Shown here piece by piece: positions 31,561 through 40,659 of a stretch of 64,000 nt of DNA. Below the pieces are notes generated by a model. The model was not told where the DNA came from. It worked only from the letters and a program-made list of their open reading frames with translations, and made no database searches. The position numbers and the translations under genes are program-made. Origin of the DNA: an uncultured Planctomycetaceae bacterium (GTDB taxonomy: Bacteria > Planctomycetota > Planctomycetia > Planctomycetales > Planctomycetaceae); assembly GCA_963815195.1 (NCBI GenBank), contig CAWFGE010000010.1:288001-352000 (forward strand). Reading direction: 5' to 3'. Position 1 is the first letter of the stretch, and each line of letters begins with the position of its first letter.

Positions 31561-34500
31561 TGAATACTCCAATCGATCGACACCTCGGGAACTCAACAAA
31601 GTTCTGGACCAGGCCCTTTCCCAATTGAGGAACATTCGCGAGAGTCGCACCGAACCGATTGCAATTGTGGGCGTAGGCTGCCGGTTTCCCGGGGCCTCGA
31701 GTCCCGCGGCGTTTTGGGAATTGCTCAACAACGGCCTCTGCGAGATTCGAGACACCCCGCAAGAACGTTGGACGGGCATCCCTCTTCAAAATAGCACCTT
31801 GAAGGGCGGCATCACGGCGCACCGCGGATCCTATTTGCAGGACGTGGACCAGTTTGACGCGTCGTTTTTTAATCTCTCTCGCCGCGAAGCGAACCTGCTC
31901 GATCCGCAACAGAGGCTTTTGCTCGAAGTCGCTTGGGAAACTTTGGAGAACGCGGGCATCAATCCGGAAAAGCTCAAAGGGAGCCAAACGGGCGTCTATG
32001 TCGGGATTTGCACGAATGATTATTTGCATTTATTCACCCGGCGAAAGCACTTGCCGATCGATGCGTGGCTGAGCACCGGCAATGCGCACGGTTCGGCGGC
32101 GGGACGGTTGAGCTATTTTTTTGATTGGAGGGGGCCATGCCTCGCCGTCGATACCGCTTGCTCATCATCTTTGGTGGCCGTGCATCTTGCCGTTCAAGCG
32201 ATTCGCAATGACGAGTGTCAAACAGCTCTCGCCTGCGGCGTGAATTTGATGCTCGCGCCGGATCTCAGTATCTCGCTGTCGCAGGCGGGGATGTTGTCTC
32301 CGGAAGGGCTTTGCAAGACCTTCAGCGAGTCGGCCGATGGATTTGTGCGCGGGGAAGGCTGCGGAGCGGTGCTCCTCAAGCGCCTCTCTCAAGCCCGCGC
32401 GGATGGTGATCCGATCTTGTGTGTTATTCGGGGTTCCGCGAGTAATCAAGACGGGCGGAGCATCGGCCTGACCGCCCCGAATGGACTGGCTCAACAAGCC
32501 GTCATTCGGAACGCGCTCGCGAATGCCCGAGTTGCCCCGGAAGACGTTTCCTATATCGAAGCGCACGGCACGGGCACGCCGCTTGGAGATCCAGTGGAGA
32601 TGAGTGCCCTAGAGGCGGTCTTTAAGCAGAACCGTTCGGAGGATCGACCTCTGACGGTCGGTTCGGTGAAAACAAACCTCGGCCACCTGGAAGGAGCGGC
32701 CGGCATCGCCGGCGTCATAAAAACCGCCTTGGCATTGTCCTATAAAGTCATCCCGCCCCATTTGCACTATAAACAACCCAGTTCCAAAATCCATTGGGCT
32801 TGGCCCGTGAAAATCCCCACAGAAGCGAGATCCTGGGATATGCCCGAGCCACGCCCGCGCATCGCCGGCGTCAGTTCCTTTGGGTTTGGCGGAACCAATG
32901 CCCATGTTGTCCTTGCAGAAGCACCCCGCGACGAATCGACGATGCACGCGGATCGCCTGGATCGCCTCCCCGTGCCGCTGCTTAAAATCTCCGCGAAGTC
33001 GCCCGCCGCGGTGCGGGATTTGGCGAATTCCTCTATTCAGCAACTCAGGGATTTCAACCTGGAGCCAACCTGTTATACCTCGTGCGTCGGGCGGAGCGAT
33101 TTTGATTATCGGCTTGTCGCCTTTGCGACGAATGCGGAAGCGATGCAGAATTCGCTTGCGGAATGGGTAAGCAAATCCCCGGAACAAAGCGCCCAGCAAA
33201 GCCTCCACTCTGGGAAGGTTCAAGAGGACTTTCACACGGTTTGGCTCTTCTCCGATCGGATGACATGGAGTCCGGGATTCGGTCGAAGCCTGTATGAATC
33301 CCACGCGTTGTTCCGAAGACTTTGGGATCAGATTGACGAGATTCTCGGATCCATTTGGCCCCGCAATCTGAAAGATTTGCTTTGGAAAGACGCGCCTTTG
33401 CTACAACAGGACCGCTCGATTGCGCTTGTTGCGATTCAGTATCTCTATAGCCAGTTGTGGTTGGAGTGGGGGTTTGCGCCTCGCGAAGTCCGGGGCACAG
33501 GCTTCGGGGAACTCGCCGCGGGGTGCGTGGCAGGGCTTTTGGAATTTAAAGACGCGTTGCAGTTGGCAGTCGATCCACAGGGTGCGGAGGGACTCACGAT
33601 AAAGTCGCCGCGCTATGTTTATCGTCCTTCTCGCATCGCTTCGGAAGCGTCTCATCGGGTGTCGGATCGGGAATACTGGCGTCAAGCCACGATGCCTCAA
33701 AGAACGGGTTCTCCTTTCCCACTCCCCGCTTTTTCAGAGCGTGCCGCCGAAATTCGGTTTGGCGATGAATTGCATGCGAACTCAACCAACGGCCGGCAAA
33801 CCCGAACCGCATCACACGTTGAAGGGATTGCTCCCCGAGATGAGCACGGATGGGATGAATTGTTGAAGGCTCTCGCTCGACTTTATGTCTCGGGGGCGAG
33901 TATCAATTGGAATGCGGTGTTTCCCACACCGGTTCCCAAAGTTGTGTTGCCCAACTATCCGTTTCAGCGAAAGCGCTACTGGCTGCCGGACGACTTAGTT
34001 GAAGATCGCGCTCGGCAAGCGGACAACTCCGTTTCTCGTCCGCATCCGTTTCTCGGAAGGGAGATCGCTGGTTCCCAGGGACAACAGATATTCGAAATGG
34101 ATCTTAATCACTTCTCCTATTTGCAAGGCCACAAGCTTCGCGACGTTTGTCTTTGCCCGCTGACAGCTTATTTGGAAATGGCGTTGGCGGGGGCAATCCG
34201 AATCGATCCAGGGGAATGCACTGGCTTTTGCGTGTCGAATCTTGCCGTCAGCCAACCTCTTTTCTGGCAAGCGGGATCGCCAAGTCCTCTGCGGATGACG
34301 ATCACCCCAAATCCCGATCGGATGGATTGCCGATTTGAAGCCAAAGTGGAGCAGGAATGGCGTCGATGCGCCACATGCACCATTGAGCCGGCCAGTGACA
34401 AAGCGGAACCCGTCGAAGCTTCGCCGGCATTGGGCGGGACGATTCAGGATGTGGATGCGCATTACGAACGCTGTAAGACGGCGGGCCTTGTTTATAGCGG

Positions 34501-35242
34501 CGAATTCCGTTGTTTGGATTCCCTGTCGCTCAAGGGGGCGGGGCGATCCGGCGCGGAGGCGTGGGGCAGCGTGCGGCTTCCAAAGACTGCGGAATCCGGT
34601 TATCACTTCCACCCTGCGCTGCTCGATGGCTGTCTGCAGGTCACGATGGTCTGTCTTGACGAACTCGAAGACAAGGAGTGGATCCCGGCCGGCATCGAGC
34701 AATACTTGTTTTATCGCCCGCCCACATCATGCAATGTGACTTCCTTCGTGAAGAAAGTTTATCAAGCCGCGGAAGATCGATTGCTGATCGACCTCGACAT
34801 CATCGATGAGGAGGAGAAGCTCGCCGCGGGGGTCTTGGGATTGACGTTTCGGAAGTCCCCGCGAAGCCCCGCAGGTCTTTTGAGGTCCCAGGCGAAGAAG
34901 GCCGATCCGCTCGTCAGGAACATCTTGGATGCAGCGGATGAAGAGGTTTCTGCGCGGATTGGAGAGTATGTCCGGTCCCGATTGGCAGCTGTCCTGGAAC
35001 TTGCGGAAAGCGAAGTCGAGCTTTCGCGATCGTTGATCGATATGGGCATGGATTCCTTAATGGCCATCGAGTTGAGAAATGATCTGCAAGCGGATCTCGG
35101 GATTGACTTTTCTATGGAGGAACTCCTCGATGTGTTGACGGCGAATGACCTGATCGACCGGTTGAACCAGTCGCTTGGAGACCGCTCGAATCAAGATCCC
35201 GGAGATGCTGCCTCCGCGGAATGGGTCGAGGGAGTCCTCTGA
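31553..35242 (+). CDS. Type I PKS module: docking-KS-AT(degenerate)-DH-ACP-docking
   Basis: GTG start overlapping the upstream stop; KS C/H/H intact; GTGFG in place of GHSxG; HKLRDVCLCP and DGCLQ; GMDS; ends WVEGVL. Confidence 0.9.
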   Translation: MASEYSNRSTPRELNKVLDQALSQLRNIRESRTEPIAIVGVGCRFPGASSPAAFWELLNNGLCEIRDTPQERWTGIPLQNSTLKGGITAHRGSYLQDVDQFDASFFNLSRREANLLDPQQRLLLEVAWETLENAGINPEKLKGSQTGVYVGICTNDYLHLFTRRKHLPIDAWLSTGNAHGSAAGRLSYFFDWRGPCLAVDTACSSSLVAVHLAVQAIRNDECQTALACGVNLMLAPDLSISLSQAGMLSPEGLCKTFSESADGFVRGEGCGAVLLKRLSQARADGDPILCVIRGSASNQDGRSIGLTAPNGLAQQAVIRNALANARVAPEDVSYIEAHGTGTPLGDPVEMSALEAVFKQNRSEDRPLTVGSVKTNLGHLEGAAGIAGVIKTALALSYKVIPPHLHYKQPSSKIHWAWPVKIPTEARSWDMPEPRPRIAGVSSFGFGGTNAHVVLAEAPRDESTMHADRLDRLPVPLLKISAKSPAAVRDLANSSIQQLRDFNLEPTCYTSCVGRSDFDYRLVAFATNAEAMQNSLAEWVSKSPEQSAQQSLHSGKVQEDFHTVWLFSDRMTWSPGFGRSLYESHALFRRLWDQIDEILGSIWPRNLKDLLWKDAPLLQQDRSIALVAIQYLYSQLWLEWGFAPREVRGTGFGELAAGCVAGLLEFKDALQLAVDPQGAEGLTIKSPRYVYRPSRIASEASHRVSDREYWRQATMPQRTGSPFPLPAFSERAAEIRFGDELHANSTNGRQTRTASHVEGIAPRDEHGWDELLKALARLYVSGASINWNAVFPTPVPKVVLPNYPFQRKRYWLPDDLVEDRARQADNSVSRPHPFLGREIAGSQGQQIFEMDLNHFSYLQGHKLRDVCLCPLTAYLEMALAGAIRIDPGECTGFCVSNLAVSQPLFWQAGSPSPLRMTITPNPDRMDCRFEAKVEQEWRRCATCTIEPASDKAEPVEASPALGGTIQDVDAHYERCKTAGLVYSGEFRCLDSLSLKGAGRSGAEAWGSVRLPKTAESGYHFHPALLDGCLQVTMVCLDELEDKEWIPAGIEQYLFYRPPTSCNVTSFVKKVYQAAEDRLLIDLDIIDEEEKLAAGVLGLTFRKSPRSPAGLLRSQAKKADPLVRNILDAADEEVSARIGEYVRSRLAAVLELAESEVELSRSLIDMGMDSLMAIELRNDLQADLGIDFSMEELLDVLTANDLIDRLNQSLGDRSNQDPGDAASAEWVEGVL

Positions 35243-35385
35243 CGGTGAAGCATCACGGGAGTGTGGAATTCACAAAGTCCCCCCGATTCGCCGGAAGAGC
35301 CGAATAATAAAAAACGATCAATTCAGCACCGACCTCGGCGGCTGGAAGCCGCTACGGAGTGCGCGGGGCAGTCCAGGCAAAAACT

Positions 35386-36522
35386 TCAAACCGCGCGGCG
35401 CCGGCGGCGGCCTTTGACGAAGCTGTCGACGATTACGTTGCCCAAATCATCTGCGCTCGCGTAGGCCGCGATCCCGCCGGAGACCTGGGCCATCTGCTCC
35501 ACGAAGTTCACCAGGCCCAGGTAGAAATAATCCTCGATCAACGCGAAGCTCGACAGATGGATGCCCTCGTTCGCGCAGCGCCGGACTTCGCTGAGCGTGA
35601 CCTGGCGGGTCTTCTCGGAGGGGGGATAAATCAATAACACATCCCGGCCCTCGACGTGGGCCGTCGGTTCGCCGTCCGTGATCGTGATGATCTGCTTGTT
35701 TTGGGCGGGTTGGCGTTTTAACAGTCGGCGGGCGAATTGCAGGCCCGCCTGGATGTTCGTGAAATGCTCCGGTACGAAGGCGGGCGGGTGATCGAGATTG
35801 ATCCTGAGCCTCACCCGCGAATCGTAAATGCTCACCGGCTTGGGGGCGGAATATAAAAGTTCCCGTTCCGACAGCGGCGACGCATAGGTATAAAACCCGA
35901 CGACCTGCAAATAGTCCCCCTGATATTTCCCGCGAACCAGCGATTGGAGCGCCAGCGCCACCCGCTTGGCCTGGGCGAATTTGCCGTAGCGCATCATGCT
36001 GCCCGACATGTCCAAAAGCACCACGGTCGCGCAGGCGGTCTGGTATTCGGTGTCATGGACGACCAGGTCTTCCTCGGCGATTTCGACCGGCGATCCGCCG
36101 CCTTGCCGGTAGAGGGCGTTTTTCAGCGTTTCGTGCAGGTTGAGGTTCGACACCGGGTCGCCGAACTCGTAGGGTTTGGATTCCTCGTGCAGCGTTTGCC
36201 CGGTCCCTCGGAACTCCGTTTCGTGCTTGCCGAGTTGGTCCTTGCGGGTGATGTTGAACAGTTCTTCGAGGGCCTTGTTCTCGACCCGCTTGATGCCCTT
36301 GGGCGTGACGAAAAACCGGCCGTCCTTGTCTTTCTCGACGTAGCCTTGCTTGATGAGCAGATCGATCAGGTCGGGATGTTCCTCTTCCCAGTCCGCTAAG
36401 TTTTCCAGCACATCCTCGCCGTATTGGAGCATGTATTGGCTGATCTGATCGAACAACTCGTCGGCGGATTGCGGCGAGAATTCCTGGGAGCCGTCCCAAC
36501 GGGAGTATTCAAATTGCGGCAT
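35386..36522 (-). CDS. vWA domain protein
   Basis: MIDAS DMSGS, TNIQAGL, ITDGEP. Confidence 0.85.
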   Translation of the reverse strand: MPQFEYSRWDGSQEFSPQSADELFDQISQYMLQYGEDVLENLADWEEEHPDLIDLLIKQGYVEKDKDGRFFVTPKGIKRVENKALEELFNITRKDQLGKHETEFRGTGQTLHEESKPYEFGDPVSNLNLHETLKNALYRQGGGSPVEIAEEDLVVHDTEYQTACATVVLLDMSGSMMRYGKFAQAKRVALALQSLVRGKYQGDYLQVVGFYTYASPLSERELLYSAPKPVSIYDSRVRLRINLDHPPAFVPEHFTNIQAGLQFARRLLKRQPAQNKQIITITDGEPTAHVEGRDVLLIYPPSEKTRQVTLSEVRRCANEGIHLSSFALIEDYFYLGLVNFVEQMAQVSGGIAAYASADDLGNVIVDSFVKGRRRRRAV

Positions 36523-36536
36523 GGAGTTTCGGAAGG

Positions 36537-36845
36537 TCAGGGGTTGGATTCGGAGCGGTTAGTGACTCGCTGACTTGGTTTGTGTTCGTGGCCGGTGTCG
36601 GGCGCTTTCGGATCGCCGGCGCGCAGCCGCCAGGCGACGAGAGCCGCGAGCGCGAAGCCCGCGGCGGCACCGATCAAGATCAGATTTCGCCAGAGCACGA
36701 TCGAAGCCGTCGTGCGGCCGGCATTCGTTCCTGCCGCCGCCAAATAGATCAACCCCGCCAGCATGCCCAATCCCGCACCGAACAGGGTGCCGCGCTTGAG
36801 GACAAACGAAACGGGGAGATCATTCGGGCGAACAGGTTGCTGCAT
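36537..36845 (-). CDS. Small two-TM membrane protein
   Basis: Two hydrophobic segments; co-oriented with the vWA gene. Confidence 0.6.
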   Translation of the reverse strand: MQQPVRPNDLPVSFVLKRGTLFGAGLGMLAGLIYLAAAGTNAGRTTASIVLWRNLILIGAAAGFALAALVAWRLRAGDPKAPDTGHEHKPSQRVTNRSESNP

Positions 36846-36948
36846 GGTTGGTGAAGGCCTTTGGTTTCCTCAGATGAATCGCTCTCACCAATTCTAGGGG
36901 CTGGCATCGTCGAAGCCAATTCCCCTTTGGCTTGGTCCCGCCGCACGG

Positions 36949-37392
36949 CTATACGGAACCAACGGGGATGGAAGTCCTCGTATTCAGGCTTTCGGCGATT
37001 TCGGTTTTCCAAATCGGGGTTGGGTGCGGCGGGAAGTTTTCATTCCACGCGTCGCCGCCGGCGAGTCGGGTGATGCCGTGATTGCCCACGACGAGCACCT
37101 GCAATCTTTGTCGGACCGCGGGATTCGTTATCAAAGTCAGAAACACGCTGCGGCCGTTGGGAGCCGTCCACAATACCGACGCCTGCCCGCCGCCAGCGTT
37201 TTGCCGAGCCCAAATGTGTCCGCCGGTCTCGCCGGCCACCAACCGAATCAAGGGAAGAAACATCCCCGCCATCGTAGAGGGTTCAACATTCGGCGTCGCC
37301 AGCCCGGCAATAATCCGCAAAGCCACAGGCGTTCCCAGTTGCTCCGAATCCAGCACGTCACCGAGCGCGCGTTCCAAGTCGGCCAGCGTCAT
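36949..37392 (-). CDS. Hypothetical protein
   Basis: RBS gagga before ATG; globular composition. Confidence 0.6.
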   Translation of the reverse strand: MTLADLERALGDVLDSEQLGTPVALRIIAGLATPNVEPSTMAGMFLPLIRLVAGETGGHIWARQNAGGGQASVLWTAPNGRSVFLTLITNPAVRQRLQVLVVGNHGITRLAGGDAWNENFPPHPTPIWKTEIAESLNTRTSIPVGSV

Positions 37393-37646
37393 CGAGGTCC
37401 TCTTATGGTTCAGTTTCAGGTTTTGTCCATGATAGCGGAAACAATCCGCGAAGGAAGTGACGATGGACGACGGAACCGGTCTCTATCGGCGATTGACAAT
37501 TCGTTTTTGGTAACGACAAATCTCCGCTCCCGGCCGCCCGGGGGAACGAATCGCCGCGTTCAGAGCCCGACAAACCGGAAAAGCGGCCCGGGCGGTTTGA
37601 TCCCACCCGAGCCGCTTTTATTTGAAAGCCTCGAAGAATTCGCCCG

Positions 37647-38198
37647 TCAGTTTTGTTCGGGGTTCCAGGGATTTTCCATTCCTGCCGCGGATGCGGGCAG
37701 CCTTTCCCATTCTTTGCGCACGCGGTTCAAGCCGAAGCTGCACAATTCAAACTCCAGGCTCAGCCGGCGGAGCACGGCGGCTTCATCGCGGTACGGCTCC
37801 TCGTCGAACTGGCTGGCCAGATAATAAGACCGTTTGCCCTGCTGGCAGTAGTCGATGAGGTAGTCTTTCTTGTCCGCCGACTGCAGGCGGGACAGGGCTT
37901 CAGGAAAGACCCCGGCCCAGAAGAGAGTGAAGTCGCCGATGTGCCGGTAGATTTCCCGGCGGGGTTTGGCTTCCCGTTCCTCGGCCTCCATCAGCATTTC
38001 CGCGACCTCCTCCAGACGCCGGCCGGTGGTGTCGCGGACGCGGTAAATCGCGTCCGTCTTCACAAACCTCATCAGCATCTCCACAAGGTAGTCCGTCAAT
38101 TGGGTGTCGGCGACACCCAGTTCTACCTGGAACGTCGTCTCGACGACCGCGGAAAACAAACGGCGGAGGGACTCCGCATCAGCCAACACGGGCTTCAT
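37647..38198 (-). CDS. Conserved helical hypothetical protein
   Basis: RBS aaggag; 'RHIGDFTLFWAGVFPE...YCQQGKRSY..AS' family-like motif. Confidence 0.75.
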   Translation of the reverse strand: MKPVLADAESLRRLFSAVVETTFQVELGVADTQLTDYLVEMLMRFVKTDAIYRVRDTTGRRLEEVAEMLMEAEEREAKPRREIYRHIGDFTLFWAGVFPEALSRLQSADKKDYLIDYCQQGKRSYYLASQFDEEPYRDEAAVLRRLSLEFELCSFGLNRVRKEWERLPASAAGMENPWNPEQN

Positions 38199-38504
38199 CT
38201 CACTCTCCTTTTCTCGATACGCACCTCGAATGAAAAAAGCGGCCCGGACAAAAGGAAAACTGCGGTGATGGTTTCGGCGGGACGTTGAGGGGGAAAGTCT
38301 TCCAACCTGAATTCTATCCCGCGAATGCAACTCTCGTCAAATTTTTTGTTGGATGAATGTTCCGGATTTTAAGGCTTCCACCGATTCTAAGGCGGTGGAA
38401 TTTACCACGGATCGTTCTGGTCAAAAATACGGATTTTTTGAGTTCCTTCAGCGAATTTCGTGCCCAAATTTCAAACCGTTCAATCCGAGGAGTGCAACGG
38501 CCAT

Positions 38505-38543
38505 AAAAAATGGGCGGACATCCGGGGAGGTCCACCCATTTTG
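38505..38543 (-). terminator. Intrinsic terminator downstream of the DUF4142 gene
   Basis: aaaatgggcggac...gtccacccatttt stem with A/T tracts. Confidence 0.65.
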
Positions 38544-38568
38544 GTGCATTTCGATGAAGAAGCCGTGA

Positions 38569-39315
38569 TCAACGGTTGGTGTTGTTCGAGCGGCCGGCCG
38601 CACCGCGGCCCTGTTGGAGTTGGCCGGAGAGTTCCTTGGCCCGTTGCAGATGGCTTTCCGTGGTGTCGATGCCTTCTTTGACGACTTTCTGGAACTCGCC
38701 GGTCGTGGACTCTTCGATGGCTTTCAAAGTCGCGAGCATGCTGATATGGGCGGCGATCTGGTCGCCGAGATAGGCCATGTCAAAATCGCGGCCCTCGTAC
38801 TTCTTGAGCAGCTCTTTGGTCATCTGGGTTTTCATCTGGCCGGCGCGCTTCCCGATCTCGTCCATCGTCGGGTGCTTGTTGCCGCGAAATCCGACCCGCC
38901 GTTTGACGGGGGCGGCATTTTCGTTTGGCTTGCCCGGGGCGTGGAACTCCTTTTGAAAGATCGGCCGATCGGTCGCCGTCAGCGTCTGCTCTTTTTCGTT
39001 GGTGAACTTCGACAGCTTGTTCCAGAATCCCGTATGGGCTTTGATCATCCGCTGGGCGAAATCTTTGACGGCCGGGTCCGAAGCCCGCTGTTCCGCCAAC
39101 TGGGCGATTTCCACCTCGAACTTGTTTCCTTCCATCAGCCAATGGGCCAGCGCATCCTCCAGGTGGGCGTCGCTCGACGTGATTTTCTCCGATGTCGTTT
39201 TGTTCTGATCGTTCTGGTTGGCATTTGGCGGCGTGGGCGGTTCGGCGGCGGAGACCGTGGTCATAGCCAGCGCAACAGCCATCGTTCCGTGAATCAAGTG
39301 ACGAAGAGGCAACAT
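38569..39315 (-). CDS. Secreted DUF4142 (ferritin-like) protein
   Basis: 'EVEIAQLAEQRASDPAVKDFAQRMIKAH' and 'FDMAYLGDQIAAH...HLQRA'. Confidence 0.85.
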   Translation of the reverse strand: MLPLRHLIHGTMAVALAMTTVSAAEPPTPPNANQNDQNKTTSEKITSSDAHLEDALAHWLMEGNKFEVEIAQLAEQRASDPAVKDFAQRMIKAHTGFWNKLSKFTNEKEQTLTATDRPIFQKEFHAPGKPNENAAPVKRRVGFRGNKHPTMDEIGKRAGQMKTQMTKELLKKYEGRDFDMAYLGDQIAAHISMLATLKAIEESTTGEFQKVVKEGIDTTESHLQRAKELSGQLQQGRGAAGRSNNTNR

Positions 39316-39663
39316 CTCATTCTCCTTTGTGTTTTATTGTGGGTCCCAAAACGCCTTCCAAGCTCCGTGGCCATGGAATAGGCGACTCTCTTGATTTTAT
39401 TTGTCTGAAAACGGCTGCCAACGGGGTGATTGGGGGAAACCCAAGCCGGGAGATGACTGAGCGAACCCGCCCCACGGAAAACGGCCCGGGTCGGAGTTTT
39501 TTGGAGAGGCCGCGATGGAACGGCGGGCGCAACGAGAAAGCGGAGAGCCAAGATCGAATGCGAAGATCCGGACAATCGGATTGGCTCTCCGCCGTGGCTG
39601 CCTTGAATCGAGAATTGCGCTGGCCGACAGGCTCTCGGGGCGGCTCCAATTGCCAGTCACGCT

Positions 39664-39837
39664 TTATTTACCGTGAATCGGAGGCGCGTCTCCGGGCGGC
39701 TCGTCCGGCGGCTCTTGGGGGTGCGGCTGCGGACGGGGCGGTTCGGGGCGATGTTCCGGAAGGGGCTTCTCCGGCGGCGGAGCGGGCTGCGGCTGATCCG
39801 GAAAATCCGGCTGCGGCGGTTCGTTCGGAGGACACAT
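39664..39837 (-). CDS. 57-aa proline-rich small protein
   Basis: RBS gagg 8 nt before ATG; MCPPNEPPQPDFP... Confidence 0.55.
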   Translation of the reverse strand: MCPPNEPPQPDFPDQPQPAPPPEKPLPEHRPEPPRPQPHPQEPPDEPPGDAPPIHGK

Positions 39838-39991
39838 GGTCGTTTCCTCAAGCGGCTGAGACCTGGCAAAATCGTCGCGTCCGTCCTGCGTTTGGAAGCG
39901 AACAGACTTGAGTCTAAACGGAAAGAGAGCCGCCGACCCAGGGGGCAACGTCGCGAACGCGAACCGGGAGATTTCCCATGAGAGTTTCGTC

Positions 39992-40462
39992 TCAAGGCAT
40001 CACGAATTGATGGCCTTCCGGGTGCACCGTCAGGACGGGACAGGGAGCCATGCGGACGACGCGTTCCGCCACGCTTCCCATGAGCACATGCGACAGTCCC
40101 GTGCGGCCGTGCGTCCCCATGACGATCAAATCGATCTCGTGCTCTTTGGCGTACTCGATGATCTTCAAGAACGCCAAGCCGGTGCGGGTTGCCAGCGTCA
40201 CGTGCTTGCCCTGCTCCCAACCCGGCTCCAGCACCTTCGTGAGTTGGGCCAAGGCTTTGGTCTCGGCCACTTCCAGGTAATTCTCGAGCGCCGTCGCCAT
40301 CTCCACGACGGCTTCCGGGATTGTCGCCGCCAGTTTCTCCACAACGTGCAGCACATGCAGCTCGGCCTGAAACTGCTCCGCAAAGGCGCACGCATACCGC
40401 GTGGCTTCGCCGGACTGTTCGCTGAAATCCGTGGGCAGCAGAATCCGTTTGAGGGGAATCAT
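39992..40462 (-). CDS. Universal stress protein
   Basis: ILLPTDFS...DLIVMGTHGRTG...GSVAERVVR.APCPVLTV. Confidence 0.95.
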   Translation of the reverse strand: MIPLKRILLPTDFSEQSGEATRYACAFAEQFQAELHVLHVVEKLAATIPEAVVEMATALENYLEVAETKALAQLTKVLEPGWEQGKHVTLATRTGLAFLKIIEYAKEHEIDLIVMGTHGRTGLSHVLMGSVAERVVRMAPCPVLTVHPEGHQFVMP

Positions 40463-40659
40463 CGCATCGCTCCTGTTCGGGGTTGTTCCATAAAAAACGC
40501 CGGCTTACGCCCCCGCTCGCCTGGAACCTGAAACTCCCAGAATGACGCATCTTGCCGAAATTCGCAACGGATCACGCGGTGGGGATGACGCGCGCGGGGG
40601 CGGTCGTTACCATCAACGCCTACGGACAAACACCGGATTCTTTTGAGAGAACGAAGTCT

